A stretch of DNA of 64,000 bases from Perkinsus chesapeaki ATCC PRA-425 (taxonomy: Eukaryota > Protista > Perkinsozoa), in NCBI GenBank assembly GCA_013115145.1, contig JAAPAO010000119.1, forward strand, positions 1 to 64,000, written 5' to 3'. The notes under the pieces are model-generated. The model worked only from the letters and a program-made list of their open reading frames with translations. It had not been told where the DNA came from and did no database searches. Positions 1 to 15,000 of the stretch are shown here, in pieces. The translations under genes were made by a program, and so were the position numbers. The first letter of the stretch is position 1, and every line of letters starts with the position of its first letter.

Positions 1-73
1 AATACTACTGGTAATTTACTAGTAATAAATACTACTGGCAATTTACTAGTAATAAATACTACTGGTAATTTAC
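1..73. repeat. 27-bp AT-rich tandem repeat, ~2.7 copies (truncated by window start)
   Basis: Unit aatactactggtaatttactagtaata repeats directly from base 1. Confidence 0.9.
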
Positions 74-818
74 GAGCGATGAAAACCATCGTGGTTTTCA
101 TCGGATAGTCACATGACCCAAGTAGAGTCACTTCGGTATGCTCTAATCACACAATCGTGTTTGCTTCAGAACGTGACTACAGCATCATTTGGCGACCTAC
201 TATCAATTCCCCTATCAAACCTCTTCAGTGGGATAAAGCTCAAAAAGGCGCCGTAAGTGAAAGGGATAAAAGAGTGCAAACTTAAACCCAGTATTCGGGT
301 CCAATGATTCTAGGCTCCGACTGGGGGGGGAATCTCGACAGGTGCTCAGCCATAAGGCATAATTTTAGCTCCATTGTCAGTATTGTAGTGATTCGATGAG
401 GAAATCGCGAAGAATAATTCCGCGGCAGGCTGCTGCATTGACAAGCTTCGAGAGCCTAAGATCCGGGACACAAATAGTCTATTCTCGACTATTTCACGAA
501 TTAATCTTTCACTGTCTCGCTGTATACATACTCGGGATTATCACAGTCTCTGTCGGAACAGAGAGCGGTGCATTCGGGGTCATTTGGGCTTCCAACGGCT
601 CCCAGCTAAGATGAAATTGCTATAAAAGCATTTCTAGGTAAGTCTTCATTTAGATACAGTAGTATCTAGATTGAGACTAAGGCTCGTTTGCTGTCTAGGG
701 GTATATATGGATGTGTTAGGGCCGATTATGATGTCGGACTCGGCATAACCCATTGAGCGACACTGATGGTCTCGTTATAGCTTCGCTCCGCTTTTTTACG
801 ATTTAATTCCCCATTCAG

Positions 819-1585
819 GTATGAGGGCGCTTTGGTAATTCTTCTCGTGCGTGTCATCAACAGACTTGGTTTCTGGCCGAGTTCGAATTCTGCTTTGATA
901 GCCGAGCTCAGAGCCGAGGCGAAGGAGATAAGCAACCCGGTTATGATCAAGGTAAAATATTGTCACGCAACCAAGAGGAATTGGCAAACTTCGAAAATAA
1001 GTGTTGCATTTCAGTTCCTCGAGCCGGCGTTTTCCGTGCCACGATTGCTACAACAAGTCGCAGCAGGTCCGATTCCGCCGTGCGCAGCAGTGGTCGGTGG
1101 TTTGCTCGGTCAGGAAGTTGTTAAAGTTGTTACACGGCGTGATGAGCCTTTGATCAATGCAGGTGAGTTGATTTTCCGAATAACGGCTGAAATTTCAAGC
1201 CTTTGAATTCGATGCTCCTCGGGGAGGAAATGAGATTGAGAATAGGTAGAGGAATATTTCATCCCTACTATTTATTGTCATATACACAAAAAATAGAAAA
1301 ATTCTGAAAAATTGAAAATTTTAAATAATTTAAAAATTTTTAATTTGAAAAATAGTCTGGAAATTTCACCTCGGTTGATTTGATTATCCTCCAGTGGAAT
1401 GCAAGCACGCTGTAGAGCTTGTGACCTACATTTCAACGGGTCAGGGTTTTCTTCAGTTACCTAATTTACGTTAGACTTACTCTTGTGGTCTCTCAGTCAC
1501 TTACACTTGTCGGACGAATGGAGCCCAAGTTGAGAAGATGCCAGCAAAGGGTAAAAATGAAGTGACCGAGGTGAAGGACGATCGG
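819..1585 (+). CDS. SAE1: SUMO-activating enzyme subunit 1 (AOS1/SAE1-like), 3' exons; 5' part and exact stop unresolved
   Basis: Spliced reading gives ...PIPPCAAVVGGLLGQEVVKVVTRRDEPLINA|VTYTCRTNGAQVEKMP, matching the E1 C-terminal pattern (PxxAVVGGxLxQExVK...PLxN). Confidence 0.65.
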
Positions 1586-3033
1586 GTAAGTCTTGCGGAT
1601 TCATAACATGCTCGCGCGCCGATTTGATCGACTATTCATTTTTGAATACAGTGCTCCACTCGAACGCACTGATTAGGCAGATCGCGAGATCTTCAATAAG
1701 GCAATGTTGGCATATTCGCCGCACCTATGAGTCATAGGTTATAGACTATGACTCAGTTGGCGAATTTATGGCTGCGACAGTACAACCACATGAACGCAGC
1801 GAATACCTATAGTGGGGCGTCATGCGGAACGCGATAGCAAGCCAGGAAAACAGACCATGCGTGCTGATTGCGGATTTGCCGAGGGTTGAGTCGTGTTGAA
1901 TTTGCACTAGGTAAGTTCTTAGGTACACTCGAATAAGCAAGTTGCTACTGTACTCGATGAGGATGAAACCGAAACGGCACTGGAAGTTGACGAGCTTGAC
2001 TGATACTCATTATTATACGTTTCCTGCATTTTCGTACTTTTGTGTTGTAAGCAGAAGGCAATCGAAAGTGGTTCAATTTTCGACCTGGTGCGATTTTCAT
2101 CGAGTCGAAGATTCGGTTGTGGCAGCGCTCCTCATTGAAGAGCTCCTCTGCTAGCGGAACTCAGGATGATCGTCCATAGATCGGTTCATGTGTCTGCGTG
2201 CTGATTGAGCACTGCTGAAGCGCACGCGTGCTTTGCTTGGGCCGTCGTATTCCAATTACGGCACCCGCGTAGTGCTGAGCACAGTGACTCAGTAGAGAAA
2301 TTTCTGGTGTATTGAATCTTGTTACGTTTAAGCCCTATCCCTCTTCGAGTCTTTGATGGTTGAGAGTTAAGTCCATGGTGGCAAAGCTACAAAAGGTTGC
2401 GTCATGCCACAAAAGCAATGTCTCCTTGGTAGTTTTCATGTGACGTCGTCACACTTATTCGAGCAGTTCAACACTCACCTGGTCGCGTTCATACGCATAC
2501 CTCATTTTGTTCTTCTCTTCAATACTATTACTAGCTTACGTAGTCATCAAATGTGTCACTGTAAGAAGTGTCTTTTGAGAGATACCGACGGCAACTTTCG
2601 AGAGAGATTTTCTTCGCCTTTTACCAATAGTATAGATATAAGGAAGTATGTCATTCTAGATTCCATCTATTCTCAAGCGTTGGAGTAGAGCTGCGCTCAA
2701 TTGCAAATTATTACTGGAGCTTCGAATTGTGATTCGGTAAATTCAGTATCACAGCACGCTTGAAAGGGCGAATATCTTGTTGAAGTTGAATACTCATTTC
2801 TGTCATTGAACAGTACGACTTGGGTATTATTTATTGGGCGGGTCTTAGCTGGCAGCTATTCATCACTTCATCAAGGTATTAATTTTTATTGGTAACTGCT
2901 CAACTGCAGCACCGCCTATATTGACTGTGAAGGCTTTTCAATAGAAGATATGTTGTAGAACTCGTTCGGACGCATTCTGCCTCACTGCGTATCTCTGTAA
3001 CATGACAATCTGTTCAGGCGTTTATTTTTTTGC

Positions 3034-6000
3034 ATGATGACCACCGCCGAAAGCACATTTGCTCAAGTCGCCCAGCCAAACTGGGAGAAGGTCCCACCAA
3101 AGCAAGGCCTGTAAGTTGCATTTTCGAATAGGTTGAAATTAGCTAAATTGTGGTGCTTTGCAGATACGATCCGAATCTCGAGAAGGATTCCTGTGGAGTT
3201 GGTGTGATAATGGACATCAAAGGCGAACCGTGTCGGAAGATTATGGATGATGCTCGAGAGATGCTATGCCGTATGAGCCATAGAGGGGGGATAATGAGCG
3301 ATCCGAGAGATGGTGATGGTGCTGGAATTTTGATTGGTAAGGGAAGTTGGCTTCGTATTAGGGGAAAGTATATAGTTCGGGAGCAGCTGTGTTGAAAGTG
3401 AGAGATAATATATGGGGTCTTAGTATGAATACATGGTCAAGCTGTTATATAGGGGAATACAAGTGGGCGAATAAGAAGAAGTCCACATAGCTACTATGTG
3501 GGCTACATCGTCATTCGCGCTTTGCAATCATTCTCTTTGTAAATTAAGGTTTTCTAGCAGAGCCACGCATTTAAGTATCAATCTCTCCAACTTGGCAGAT
3601 TACGAGTTCCTAGCCAGCGCGTGCTCGCGTCTTCGCATTGGCTTTGAAGTCTACGTTGAAATATTCTTTCCAGGAATCCCCGATTCCTACTACCGGCAGC
3701 TCTCGCCGTCTTTCCTTCCCGATGGCTCGGTGCTCCCTCCTAGCGGAGAATACGGTATGGGCAATGTGTTCTTGCCACAGGAGGAAAATAGACGTTTGGA
3801 TTGTACAGCGGTAAGTTGGATTTGAAAAGTAAATTCTTAAATTTAATTACTGGAAGTTGTTATTATTAAAAGTCATTCAAAAAGAAACTAGTTTTTATTC
3901 GGAGGAAGGTGACGAATGTACTTTTTTATGATAGCCGAATGAACAAAGTCGATTATTGAGCAATATGATAATTTCAATCCTTCTTAAGCGCTTGAATTGA
4001 GGAAGACGAACAGATATGCCTGCTGGCTTTTCTTGTAGAGGCTCGCTCGGCTAGCTGAGCGTTTCGGTCTTCGTGTCCTGGGCTGGAGATGGCCCTTGGA
4101 AGTTCAAAGTGAAATACTTGGTCCCGCTTCGAAAGGATCTGAGCCGTTCATCGCACAGGTAAGCTGCAGGATAAAGCTTGTAGTCGTTCTAAGTGGCTTT
4201 CAAGGTGTTTGTTGGTCGTATCGATGCGAATGAAGTTGTTCGAGGTGAAGGCAGCGAGACAGACGGTCGGGTTATGACGGAGGTGAGTTGGTTATTAGTT
4301 CGAGTTTGCTACCTAAACGAACTTGCAAACACACTAATTCGTATTACAGTACTTCTTGTGATAATTTCATCAATAGGAGGAGGAGTAGTTTGATAACTCC
4401 ACTCCTCACCTTTATTCCCTGGACCATGGACTCGTGCCAATAGAGGAGGGTGGCGCCTTGTCCATTGGGCCAGCAGGACGGGTCATTTGCTACTCCATGT
4501 TCAGGAAGAGGACAAGTACCTGTCCTCGGCATCACGTGTTGGAGGCGTTAGTGCGATGAAAAGGAGCAAATTGAAGCCAAACTCCAACAGGACTGGCAAA
4601 CGCTATGAGGGTAGGCAGATTGCAGAACTCCTCTGATTCGATTTCCTTGTAGGCGAGAGGAGACCACCAAAGCCGTTTCGCACGCGAGGCGCGCTGAGCC
4701 CAGAAATCTGCCAGCAACTTCCGTTGGAGTACCTCCTTTACCTTTTGAGGAAGGCTGCTGGTTCGAGAGAGAAGACGGAAATGTTTATTTGTTCGTTGAG
4801 CTCCAAGACTGTTACTTATAAAGGTGAGCCTCAGGGGGATCGGTGGAAGCGTTAGTACTTTGGTTATTGTAACTGTTTGCTTTTCTTCAACTTGGCTGAT
4901 GCTACTAGAAGCATCTGATCGTATTTATAATTTTTAGTTGTCATGTCAGTATTATTATTTATTGTAGTTTCATTTTTCGTTGTTGTGCAAAAATTACTAT
5001 TCACTATTACGCAGTCGCAGTGAGTGTAACTTAGCTTTTCTTCATCCGGTTGTTCGTTTCAAAGAACGCTGGCTCCCCTATTCAGGTCAGTTAACTTGTG
5101 CCCAGCTCTTCGTATATTATACCGATTTGTCCGACCTGAACCTAACAACACACTTGGCCATGGTGCACTCCAGGTTCAGGTGAGAGCATACCGACGTTTA
5201 GTCGATCCATTCAGTAAATAGTAGGAATGTAGCCGTTTGCAAATGCTAAAAAATAAAGAAATCTCACAAAAACTCACGTCGATTGTCTACACTTTCCCGT
5301 CCACGGTGATCAAGGAGTGACGCCGAACTTGTCATTACCGCAGCAATTTTCAGAACCGACGGTATAGGAAACTCACTACACCTATTCCAGAACTTACTGG
5401 TAACCAAAATTTGTGCCATAAATCTTCCTAAGTCTTCCATTTGAGTATCTTAAACTCGAAAACAGTGCTTTCAAAATTTGCCGTAACTTCCCAGATAAGT
5501 AGCGTCGTCTTGTTGAAGATGTCCGCAGTGGCTCGGGAACTGTATAATGAGTTTTTCGACAGCTTTAACTCGGGGATTTGGTCTTAATAGTAATCGACAT
5601 ACGTATACATCTTCAAGGAATTGAGCGGTAAACTACTTTTCTTGGGGAAAAGCGATTGTCAATAAAGGCGCGTTTCAGAATCTAGACAACGCGTACATGT
5701 TATGTTGATTATTATTATTTATATAGCTGCGCCGGGGTACCTGCGTTTAACATCTCCTCCGTTTCAAAAGTTATTTCTTTCTCAGTACAAATACATTTCC
5801 GTCGTGGTCGAGAAGCCAACCGTTCCGTAGACTGTGCCACAACGGTGAGATTAATACCCTTAGTGGCAACAAACAGGCATTGAAGAGTCGCGAAGGAGGC
5901 CTCACTGGCCTTTTACAAGTGAGGACGCGACTTGGTGGAAATGTGGAAATTAACGTTGAAATTTTGGTTGAATTATTTTCTTAGTCATTTCAAGATCCGT

Positions 6001-9000
6001 TTATATTTCCTCGTGGATTTGCCCTTATTAGTTATACCGCAGTAGCTATTTTCATTATTATGTGAAGAGATGCGGCCTGTCGAGATTGTCCAACTGTTCA
6101 AATGGGAAATATTTCTTCAAAGCTGTTATTGCTTGCTACTGCGCACCAGTTGAACGCTCACAGCCCTCCACGACCTCTGCATTGATGTTGATTAGGCATC
6201 TTTAACATCTCTGTTATTGGATCGTCTTCGATCGCATTGGAGCATTTTCAGTATTGTGCTGGCCCACCACTGCTGGGGTTGGTCCATTATGATTCATTCT
6301 CTACCGTATTTGTCGGGTTGGATGTTTTGTCTTATATCAGCCGATCCTTCCGAGTGGTATGTCTGAGAGTCAAAAAAGCGTCATTCGCAGGATTCTCACG
6401 CCTGCTGATGAAGGTGAGCAGCTCTCTGTTTGATATAGTCTATGCATATTACCAATATACAATACCTTTATTACCATTATATTAGTAATACCAATATACC
6501 AATATATAATACCTTTATTACCATTATATTAGTTATACCAATATACCAATATATAATACCTTTATTACCATTATATTAGTAATACCAATATACCAATATA
6601 TAATACCTTTATTACCATTATATTAGTAATACCAATATACCAATATATGATGCCTCTATTACCATTGTATTACTACTACCACTATCATTATATATTAGGT
6701 ATCGGTTCTGACTCCGCAACTGTTGATAACCTTTTTGAGCAACTGAATATCATCTGTGGTTGGCCTTTACCAATGGCTATGATGCTGTTGGTTAGGGAGG
6801 CCTGGAGGGGCAATGTTACTATGGGTGATGACAAGAAGGCGATGTACAGGTAAGAAGAAGAAGCACCTCATTAAAGCTTTCTCTAATCATTATCGGTGAT
6901 GGGGAACTGTGCTATTGACGAATGTGTCACAGACTGACCTCCAGAGCATCCATTCCTTGTATCTGTATCTGAGTTGCCGTACAAATCGAAAAGAGGCAAA
7001 TCGTGTGCCGTCCACGCAAATTCGGTCAGAAATTTTGAATCGATTTTTTTCTCGAAAGGACGCACTTTGCCTTCGCAAATTATGGAAAGTATTTATTGCA
7101 CATTTCGAAGGATGGTTTTTTAGGTATCTCTCGTGCTTAAGTGAGCCTTGGGACGGCCCTGCAATGCTTGCCTTTACCGATGGCGATGTCCTTGGTGCCA
7201 CTCTTGACCGAAATGGGCTCAGACCGAGCAGGTGAGCATCCAGGATTCGGGAAAAGATCGGTATGATTGCATTTCATTACGGTGTTTATTTTACTTCAAG
7301 TGTTTATCGTGGAAGGAGAGATGTAGAATGGATTCTGCGAACAGCACACGCAGTCGCTTCAACGGTAACAGTGAAGTAGCATAGCGATCGTACAGTGTAG
7401 CAATCTATTAAGAAGTACATAGCAGTTGGGGCGTCAATTATTATCGTCGCTTATGCGTTTATCGAATATCTTCCACGGATTTGGGGAATTGATTACAGTT
7501 GTCATATAGTAACAGGGTGACTTGGCCTGAATTGATGAGGAGGATTGAAGCGGTCAGGTTTATGATCACCAAAGGTGGCTTGTTTGTATTGTCCTCTGAA
7601 GTTGGTGTTGTTGACGTTGATTCCTCGGATGTCCTGCAGAAGGGTCGTCTTGGTCCTGGAAGGATGATATTAGTGGATACTAAACAAGGTCAGTTGATCT
7701 CCACTGATTTCACAACGATTGCGATATTCACCTACCGATTATTCAGTCGGATAAAATTATATAGTCATCGAACTACCCTAATGAACGCCCTGTATGAAAA
7801 CTAATAGCATGTATCAATTCAGTCGATGCGATAACCTCGGTCTCTGTCGAGCAGTGAATTCTCAGGTTCGCAGTAGTTGCCTGAGGATTCTATTTCTGCA
7901 CAACTAATATTAGCTTTGAGATAATTGCTGATGTTCACTGAGGGTACACTCCTCGACACAGTCAAAGTCCATCTCCTAAAGGCGACTTTGGAATTTAATT
8001 GTTTTTTCGAGTTGAAATTTCTTAGTTGAGCTACACAAGCGAGCTTGCTCAGAGCTTTTCCAATTTTATATGATTCCAAAAATCCCATGGAAAATTCAAG
8101 ACCAGATATCGCCGATGTTTTCAGGGCGCGTGATTCTAGATGAGGAGATCAAAAAGACGTTGAGCGCTAGCGCACCTTTCGCCGACTTCCTCAAGCAAGC
8201 TGTTTTTATAGACGCCGAATCGACAAAGAAAGTGGCGCATGATGATAATATATTTTCGACCGAGAAGAACAAGGTGGGCTACTCGATGTGATCGATTGTA
8301 TAGGTGATGCTGTTTCAATGATACCAATCTACGGAATTATATCACTCATTTCCTTGCATTTATCGCCAGTGAGAATGACTTGTTTCTCGCAACTTTGACT
8401 AGAGCCGTCCTATTGCCACTAGGAAAACTAATTGTGTGCATCTTAAGAAATTTCACCCACCTTAATCGCATACACTTTCTAAACTACTTCCCGCTTACTA
8501 TATAGAATCTCTATTTTCCACTTTACTCCATCTTCGAATGTAAATTTCCGATCAGTCTTTTACTATAGTTTCGTACCGTCGTCCTCCAGGGTATTCCTAT
8601 CACGCTCGACGTACTGGATGTCCCAGAGGCTACGTTGACCGAACAGTTGGTGATGCACGGTTATTTTTCGGAGCTAGTTGATATGGTACTCAGCCCTATG
8701 GCGCGAGTGGCTCAGGAACCGCTGGGTAAGAAAGCCACAAGTGGGCCTTGTTGCAGAGGTTAATGGAATGAATAATGTGCAACTAGATTCAAGCAAGATT
8801 CTTCTGAATATCTACAATCTCGTAGTCGCTTCCTGCTAGAATGCCAAGTAGTGCTTACTTGGGATATGAGAGCCGCATGACGCTCTCCAGCAGGAGGGTT
8901 GACAGAAAATAAGAAATAAGTCCATCAGTAGTATCAACCTACTTGTTACTACCAAGTGTTACCAAGTGTGCCGTAGTTTAGTAATTCGCTGCATGATGGC

Positions 9001-12000
9001 ACTTCAGTTGTGGTAGACCAACGCCAGGCGGTCTCGGATAGAGTTCACACTATATGCTCCTAGTGTCGTAAGATATTTTTGCCAAGCTCTTCATGATCAC
9101 ACCTCGACATTAGAAATATCTCTTCATCTGTTTCCCAAAGTCTGAATCAGATTCTGCTTCCCGAGCACTACGTTGAATCTTCTTATCAGGTTCAATGGGT
9201 CATGATGCTCCACTGGCATGTCTGTCTCGCCTGCCTCTATCATCCTTCTACTACATGCAGCAACTATTCGCTGAAGCCACCAATCCAGCAATCGATCCTC
9301 TTCGAGAGTCGATCGTCATGAGCCTTGAATGCCCCATCGGGCCACAGCTAATAGGTTGCACTGAGGGTTGCGGGGTAGCGGATTTCGGTCGTCCCCATGC
9401 CATCGCGTGCGGCTCGGAGCCTGCCAGGAGGGTCGTCTTGGATGAGCCAATATTGTGCCCGTGGAGATACCAGCAATTGCTAGACTTGGAGGCCGACAAC
9501 GACTCTGGCATATTCCCGTTTAGCGTTGTTGATACTACATATAGGATCGAAGCTGCAAGAGACATTAAAAGGAGCGCAGGTGAGAATAGTTTCTCCCACT
9601 TAGAAAATCGGCTTTTTATCGATTTTTCGTGGACTTTTGCTATGAAGTATTCTACTAGGAGTTTTACGCGAGAAGTAGCGAGCACGTTTGTATTCGCTGA
9701 TTTGTAGTTAATATGTATAATTACTTATTTACTGTTAGTCTGCCATGGGGTTCGAACCTGTGCCATTTCTTCAGCCCTGCGAGATTTCTCTGGCGCCTGT
9801 GCCCTGGAGTCTCGACTTCACGACATCTGTGAGGAGGCGGAGGCTGCAGTGCGCGATGGAGCGGGCGTTCTTATCTTGTGCGATCGCCGTGCTGGTAAGA
9901 TGAATTAATTTGGTATATTCTTGTCCAGAACTTTGTCGACAAATTGGCCTGCTTGATGGTTGATAATCTGCTCCACTATCATAAGACCTTAACGGGGGAC
10001 TTGAAAAATGCAGTTCGACGCAATGAAATAGGATATTTTCCCGATCTCTAAGTCAGTATCGAGTGCTGGAAAGTGAAGTTTTAATTTCGAAATTCTCCTT
10101 CAAGTGATATACACGGGAAATACTAATTTCTGATCAGGTCCTAGTAGAGTCCCAGTCGATTCCCTCCTTGCAGTGGGAGCGGTGCACCACCACCTCATCA
10201 AGTGCAGGTTAAGGAGCCAAACTGCTATTATTGCCGAGGTGAAGACAAGGGCTCTTCCCCATTCGCCACAATAATGCTGCACGGGTGCCGATAGGGTATG
10301 CTATTATGTATGCATATACTTGATTGGTTGGCCGATAGTTATCGCCTAAAACAGGGCTTGCTAAGAGAATGCTGTTCAACTGTGTGAAACTCCACCAGCC
10401 GCCTCAACTCTGTTAAATGCATAGTTCGACGCCTACTAAGGATAGTCAGAATTCAGATCACAGCATCTTGCCTCTTATTTACCTTTTCCTCCAATGGGGC
10501 TTCCCAAGTAGTCATTCTGGTATGCAGTAGTCATCGTATATATAATACGCCATAAGTCCTTACCGCTGCTCCTCAGGTGGCCTCTGTGTCGTCCATCCAT
10601 CAGATGTGTTGTCTCCTTGGATTTGGTGCCGATGCCATTTACCCTTACCTCGCCTATGCGGCCCTGACAAAGTAAGAATATTACTCTCCCATCATCGATG
10701 AATGTGGTGTAGAGTACGACCGACCAACTCGGGAATTGGCAATGAGTCGGCGAGAACTGAGCTGAGCTTGAACAAGATGGTGAAGAACTATCGGGCAGCA
10801 ACTCATGCTGGGATACTCAAAGTGAGTGTCGATTGATTAGTTTATGATTTATAAAATAATTCAATTGATAATATATTAACTTCGAAAAGCTGACTTTATA
10901 TTGATCGATTCAGTGAGTCGTTGTAATTCGTTGAAAAGTCTTTTGGGGTAGCGATAATGTTGTGGTTTACGATGAGTAAGGAGCACTAAGAGGAAACTCC
11001 CGAATATACCCTACCCGGGGATCGAACCCGGAATCTCCACCTTAGGAGGGTGGCGCCTTATCCATTAGGCCACCAGGGCGCGTGATCATTGCCTCGGGGG
11101 TTTTCCCCGTATTTCGACAGCTCAAGATACTCAGGTCATGTCCAAGATGGGTATATCCTGCCTATCCAGCTATAAAGGAGCTCAGCTCTTCCAATGCATC
11201 GGCCTCGCCGCCGGAGTCAAAAGCCTGTGTTTCGTCGATTGCATGTCCTCGCTCGGCGGAGTTGGCTTCAGATCGCTTCAAGAGGATGCATTGAGGCTCC
11301 ACACCAACGTACCAGACAGAATCGCTCGCCCTGGTTATCGATTTCGTCTTCTACTTAGGCATATCCTTCCCGACCTTTACCGCCGTTGGTTGACACCGAA
11401 ACGAGTCGAGCGGTGTTACCGGAGATGGGGCTTTATCACTTCCGTTCGGTTGGCAACAATTCGGAGCTGCACATGAACGCTCCGGATGTCATTGCCAAGA
11501 TACAGGTGATTTATTTAATGTCCTCGCCGGGGTTCGAACCTGGGTGTCTTCAGGAATCGGCTCGGAAGGATTCGCCGGCAGCTTACAAGGAGTACGAGGA
11601 ATGGGAGAATGCCTTGGTTGATGAATGCGAGCTTCGAGGGTTACTTGAGATTTGTTACGATAAATGCACACCGATTGCTATAGAGAAGGTCGAAACTGAA
11701 TCAGATATAGTTAAGCGATTCTGTACAGGTAAGCTCTAGTAGACTCTAGTGGACTAATTTACTTAGTGGAAATTAGAGCATTTCCCAAATCGGTAACGAA
11801 CTTCACTTTCCCACTAACGATGGTAAACGATGGATAACAATATCCACTCTTTAAATTTCCAAATAATATTCGAGTTTTGGGATCGCTTCTGTACAGTCGT
11901 TGCTTTAATCAGTAGTCCAGAGGTTCGTTAAATGACGACATTCCGGTTTTTTTAACCTGTGAAATGAAGGCGGTGCTTTGGCTTCTTAGACCTGCTTCAC

Positions 12001-15000
12001 TGAATAGATTCCTTCACAAAAATATTGTGTTGAGAGAATTCGAAAAAACGTAATAAGTTGACAATTCGGGAGAGTTTCTCGAAGTCTCCGGCAAATTTGG
12101 GCGCTCTCTGGTCTCTGAGGGATTTCACCTTGCCGTTAGGCGCGGTGTCCTTCGGTGCTATTTCCGCGCCAACTCACGAGGCACTCGCGGAGGCGATGAA
12201 CTCTCTTGGCGGTCGATCTAATACCGGAGAAGGTGGCGAGGATGAATCAAGGTAAATCGATAGGGTCGACGCGGTAGTTTCACGCGCCACGAAATTGCTT
12301 GGTTTCCAATCATACAGGGTATCAAGAGGTAACTTGTGTACTTGATGGGTACATTGTCAGAGAACGCTCGCTGTGAATGGTCGGAGCATACATATTTAAG
12401 ATAATGCTATCCTCAACCTCTACAGTTAACCAAATACGCAGTCACGTCATTATTATCATTTTTCCATAGTTGAAGTGCACTTTGGAATTTTCTCGACTCC
12501 TTTTGGTTGGAACGAAAAAGTTTTTGGGAATTTATTGGCACTATGTGATTTCGTAAGTGATGAAGAATGTCCTCTTCGGCAAATTAAAGTTTTGTTGGCA
12601 ATTGTAATATTCTTCTTTTCTACCTTTGCTCGATGATCTCTATTTTTATTCTATCTTTTCTTCACTGTCTTTTCTCTATACCTCTACTTCTCCACTATAC
12701 TCTATATCTCCCCGTTAAGTTACCCAAGAGCTAGTGGTTCTTTACACTAGCTCTTTACATCTTTACTCTGCTCCTTTATTACCAGCCTTCCTCAATCCTT
12801 CGTTTCTCATACGGCAAATCACTCAGGAGCTTCCAAACGCCTTGTTGGTCGCCGAAATTTTCGCCTCCTTTAAGAGAAACTCAATCTCCTTTGTCACTTT
12901 CAGATTTGGTCAAGACAGCGATACACGTTCTCGTATCAAGCAAGTGGCATCTGGTCGTTTCGGTGTAACTGCGGCATACTTGGCCGACGCCGATGAGATT
13001 CAGATCAAGCTCGCTCAGGTGAGTTCCTTTCGAACCATAATTCTCAACCCTGTTAAGGTTTACGGTTCGAAACACTTTTAAGTTAACAGTTGCCCTTGTG
13101 GTACATTTCACAACAATCGATTTCTCTTATCCGAAAGCTATGATCACACTGTTCCCACAGTGATTTGTTAAATACTCTATTTCTATCGACACCACTGTGT
13201 GCTTGTGTCTGCTGCACGCAGACGTCCAGTGTATTATTTATTGTAGGGAGCTAAGCCAGGCGAAGGTGGTGAATTGCCCGGATACAAAGTCGTTGGTGCC
13301 ATTGCTGAGATAAGGAAATCTACTCCCGGCGTTGGTTTAATATCTCCACCGCCTCACCACGATATGTATAGTATAGAAGATGTAGCGCAGTTGATATCGG
13401 ATTTGAAACATGTAGGTGGGGCTTGGAAAAATACCCTACCCGGGGATCGAACCCGGAATCTCCACCTTAGGAGGGTGGCGCCTTATCCATTGGGCCAGCA
13501 GGGCTGATGTGATTCTGTCAGACCAACCCGAGTGCCAGGATATCTCTCAAGCTGGTATCCAAGATTGGTGTGGGCATCATCGCTGCTGGCTTGGTGAAGG
13601 GAGGAGCAGGTCATGTCGTCATTTCCGGAAACAGCGGAGGTGAGTCGTCCGTAAGACCTGTTCTCACAGTACATCCAGGAACCGGTGCGGCGAAGTGGAC
13701 CAGTATCAAGCACGCTGGTGGACCATGGGAGCTAGGGATTGCCGAATCACATCAAGTAAGGACAGTCTTCACTTGAACGTTTTGTTAAACTGTATTATCT
13801 GTACTGGAGGACCGTTAGTTGGCACCAACACAACAAGTTGTATGTTCTTATATTATATCTGAGTTATCACATATTGTTGGATACTCATTTAGCACGGTCC
13901 TGATTAGAGCACAAAAACACATAGGAGTTTGTTTCCCACAAAAATAGTGCAAGCAGCTTTAATGCATAGGTTAAAACTGACCATTTGACTGAGGATCTTT
14001 TGGGGGATAGTGCTCATAATATCCGTTAATCAATCCTGTAACAGTTACGATAATCTAACTCGGAGTTAGATTATCCCTTCTATGTGTAACTCCCTATAGG
14101 TTTTAATCCTCTGTAGCCTAAAGCCTCCTGTAAATTTCCATTGGTAATATCAAGCTTCAATCTTCCCCAGCTGATTCACGTATACATTAATCATATAGCA
14201 CTCTTTGAACGTTATGTTTCTGCTGCTTCACTGTCAGGTGCTGGTATTGAACGGTCTCCGTGATAGAGTGACACTGCAAGCTGATGGGCAAATTAGAACT
14301 GCCCGAGACGTTGTTTATGCTGGATTACTGGGGAGTGATGAGATTGCTATGACCACAGTAAGTGAGGCCGGAGGAAGCCTTTGGAAAAATAATCAATTAA
14401 ATTAGAAAATGTCGGTATGAGCTCAGGTGCCCATGATCGCGCTCGGTTGTGTGATGATGCGGAAATGTCATCTCAATACCTGTCCAGTCGGAATAGCCAC
14501 TCAAGATCCGGAGCTGGTGAAGAAGTTCGCTGGACAGCCGGAGGACTTGGTCAACTTCCTTTGGTTGATGGCGGGTGAAGTCCGCAGGATTATGGCCAAG
14601 CTTGGGATAAAGCGCTTCCAGGTGAGCACCGTGCTTGATGGAAATGAAGATCTGTCAACACAATTGATCTACGAGGAATTTAGAAATGACACATCGAAGT
14701 TAAGCCACTTCCTCAACGACGCGATCGCTTCTTTACGGGGATTCATCCGCTTCAAAGTGTACGCTCTTCTAAGGTTTAAATTGATCTCAAGTCTAATATA
14801 TACATTACCTTCTGCGGGTGGAACTCCATAGCAGGAATTCCGGCGTGAAAATATTTCCGAGCCGATAAAAGATGGAATTTTCTGGAAGCGTTTGGTGGTC
14901 GACCATGGCTCTTGGAGAATCTCCATTACAATGCACTTTTGATCAGTACAAACGTGGCCTTGTGCTTTATCTTCGTTCACTTTTGCGATGAGCTCTCTAC

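Noticed and set aside
4381-4443. Possible tRNA intron plus 3' half following the Arg 5' half
   Set aside because: No T-arm or acceptor strand is recognisable downstream on the minus strand, only an unrelated imperfect hairpin.
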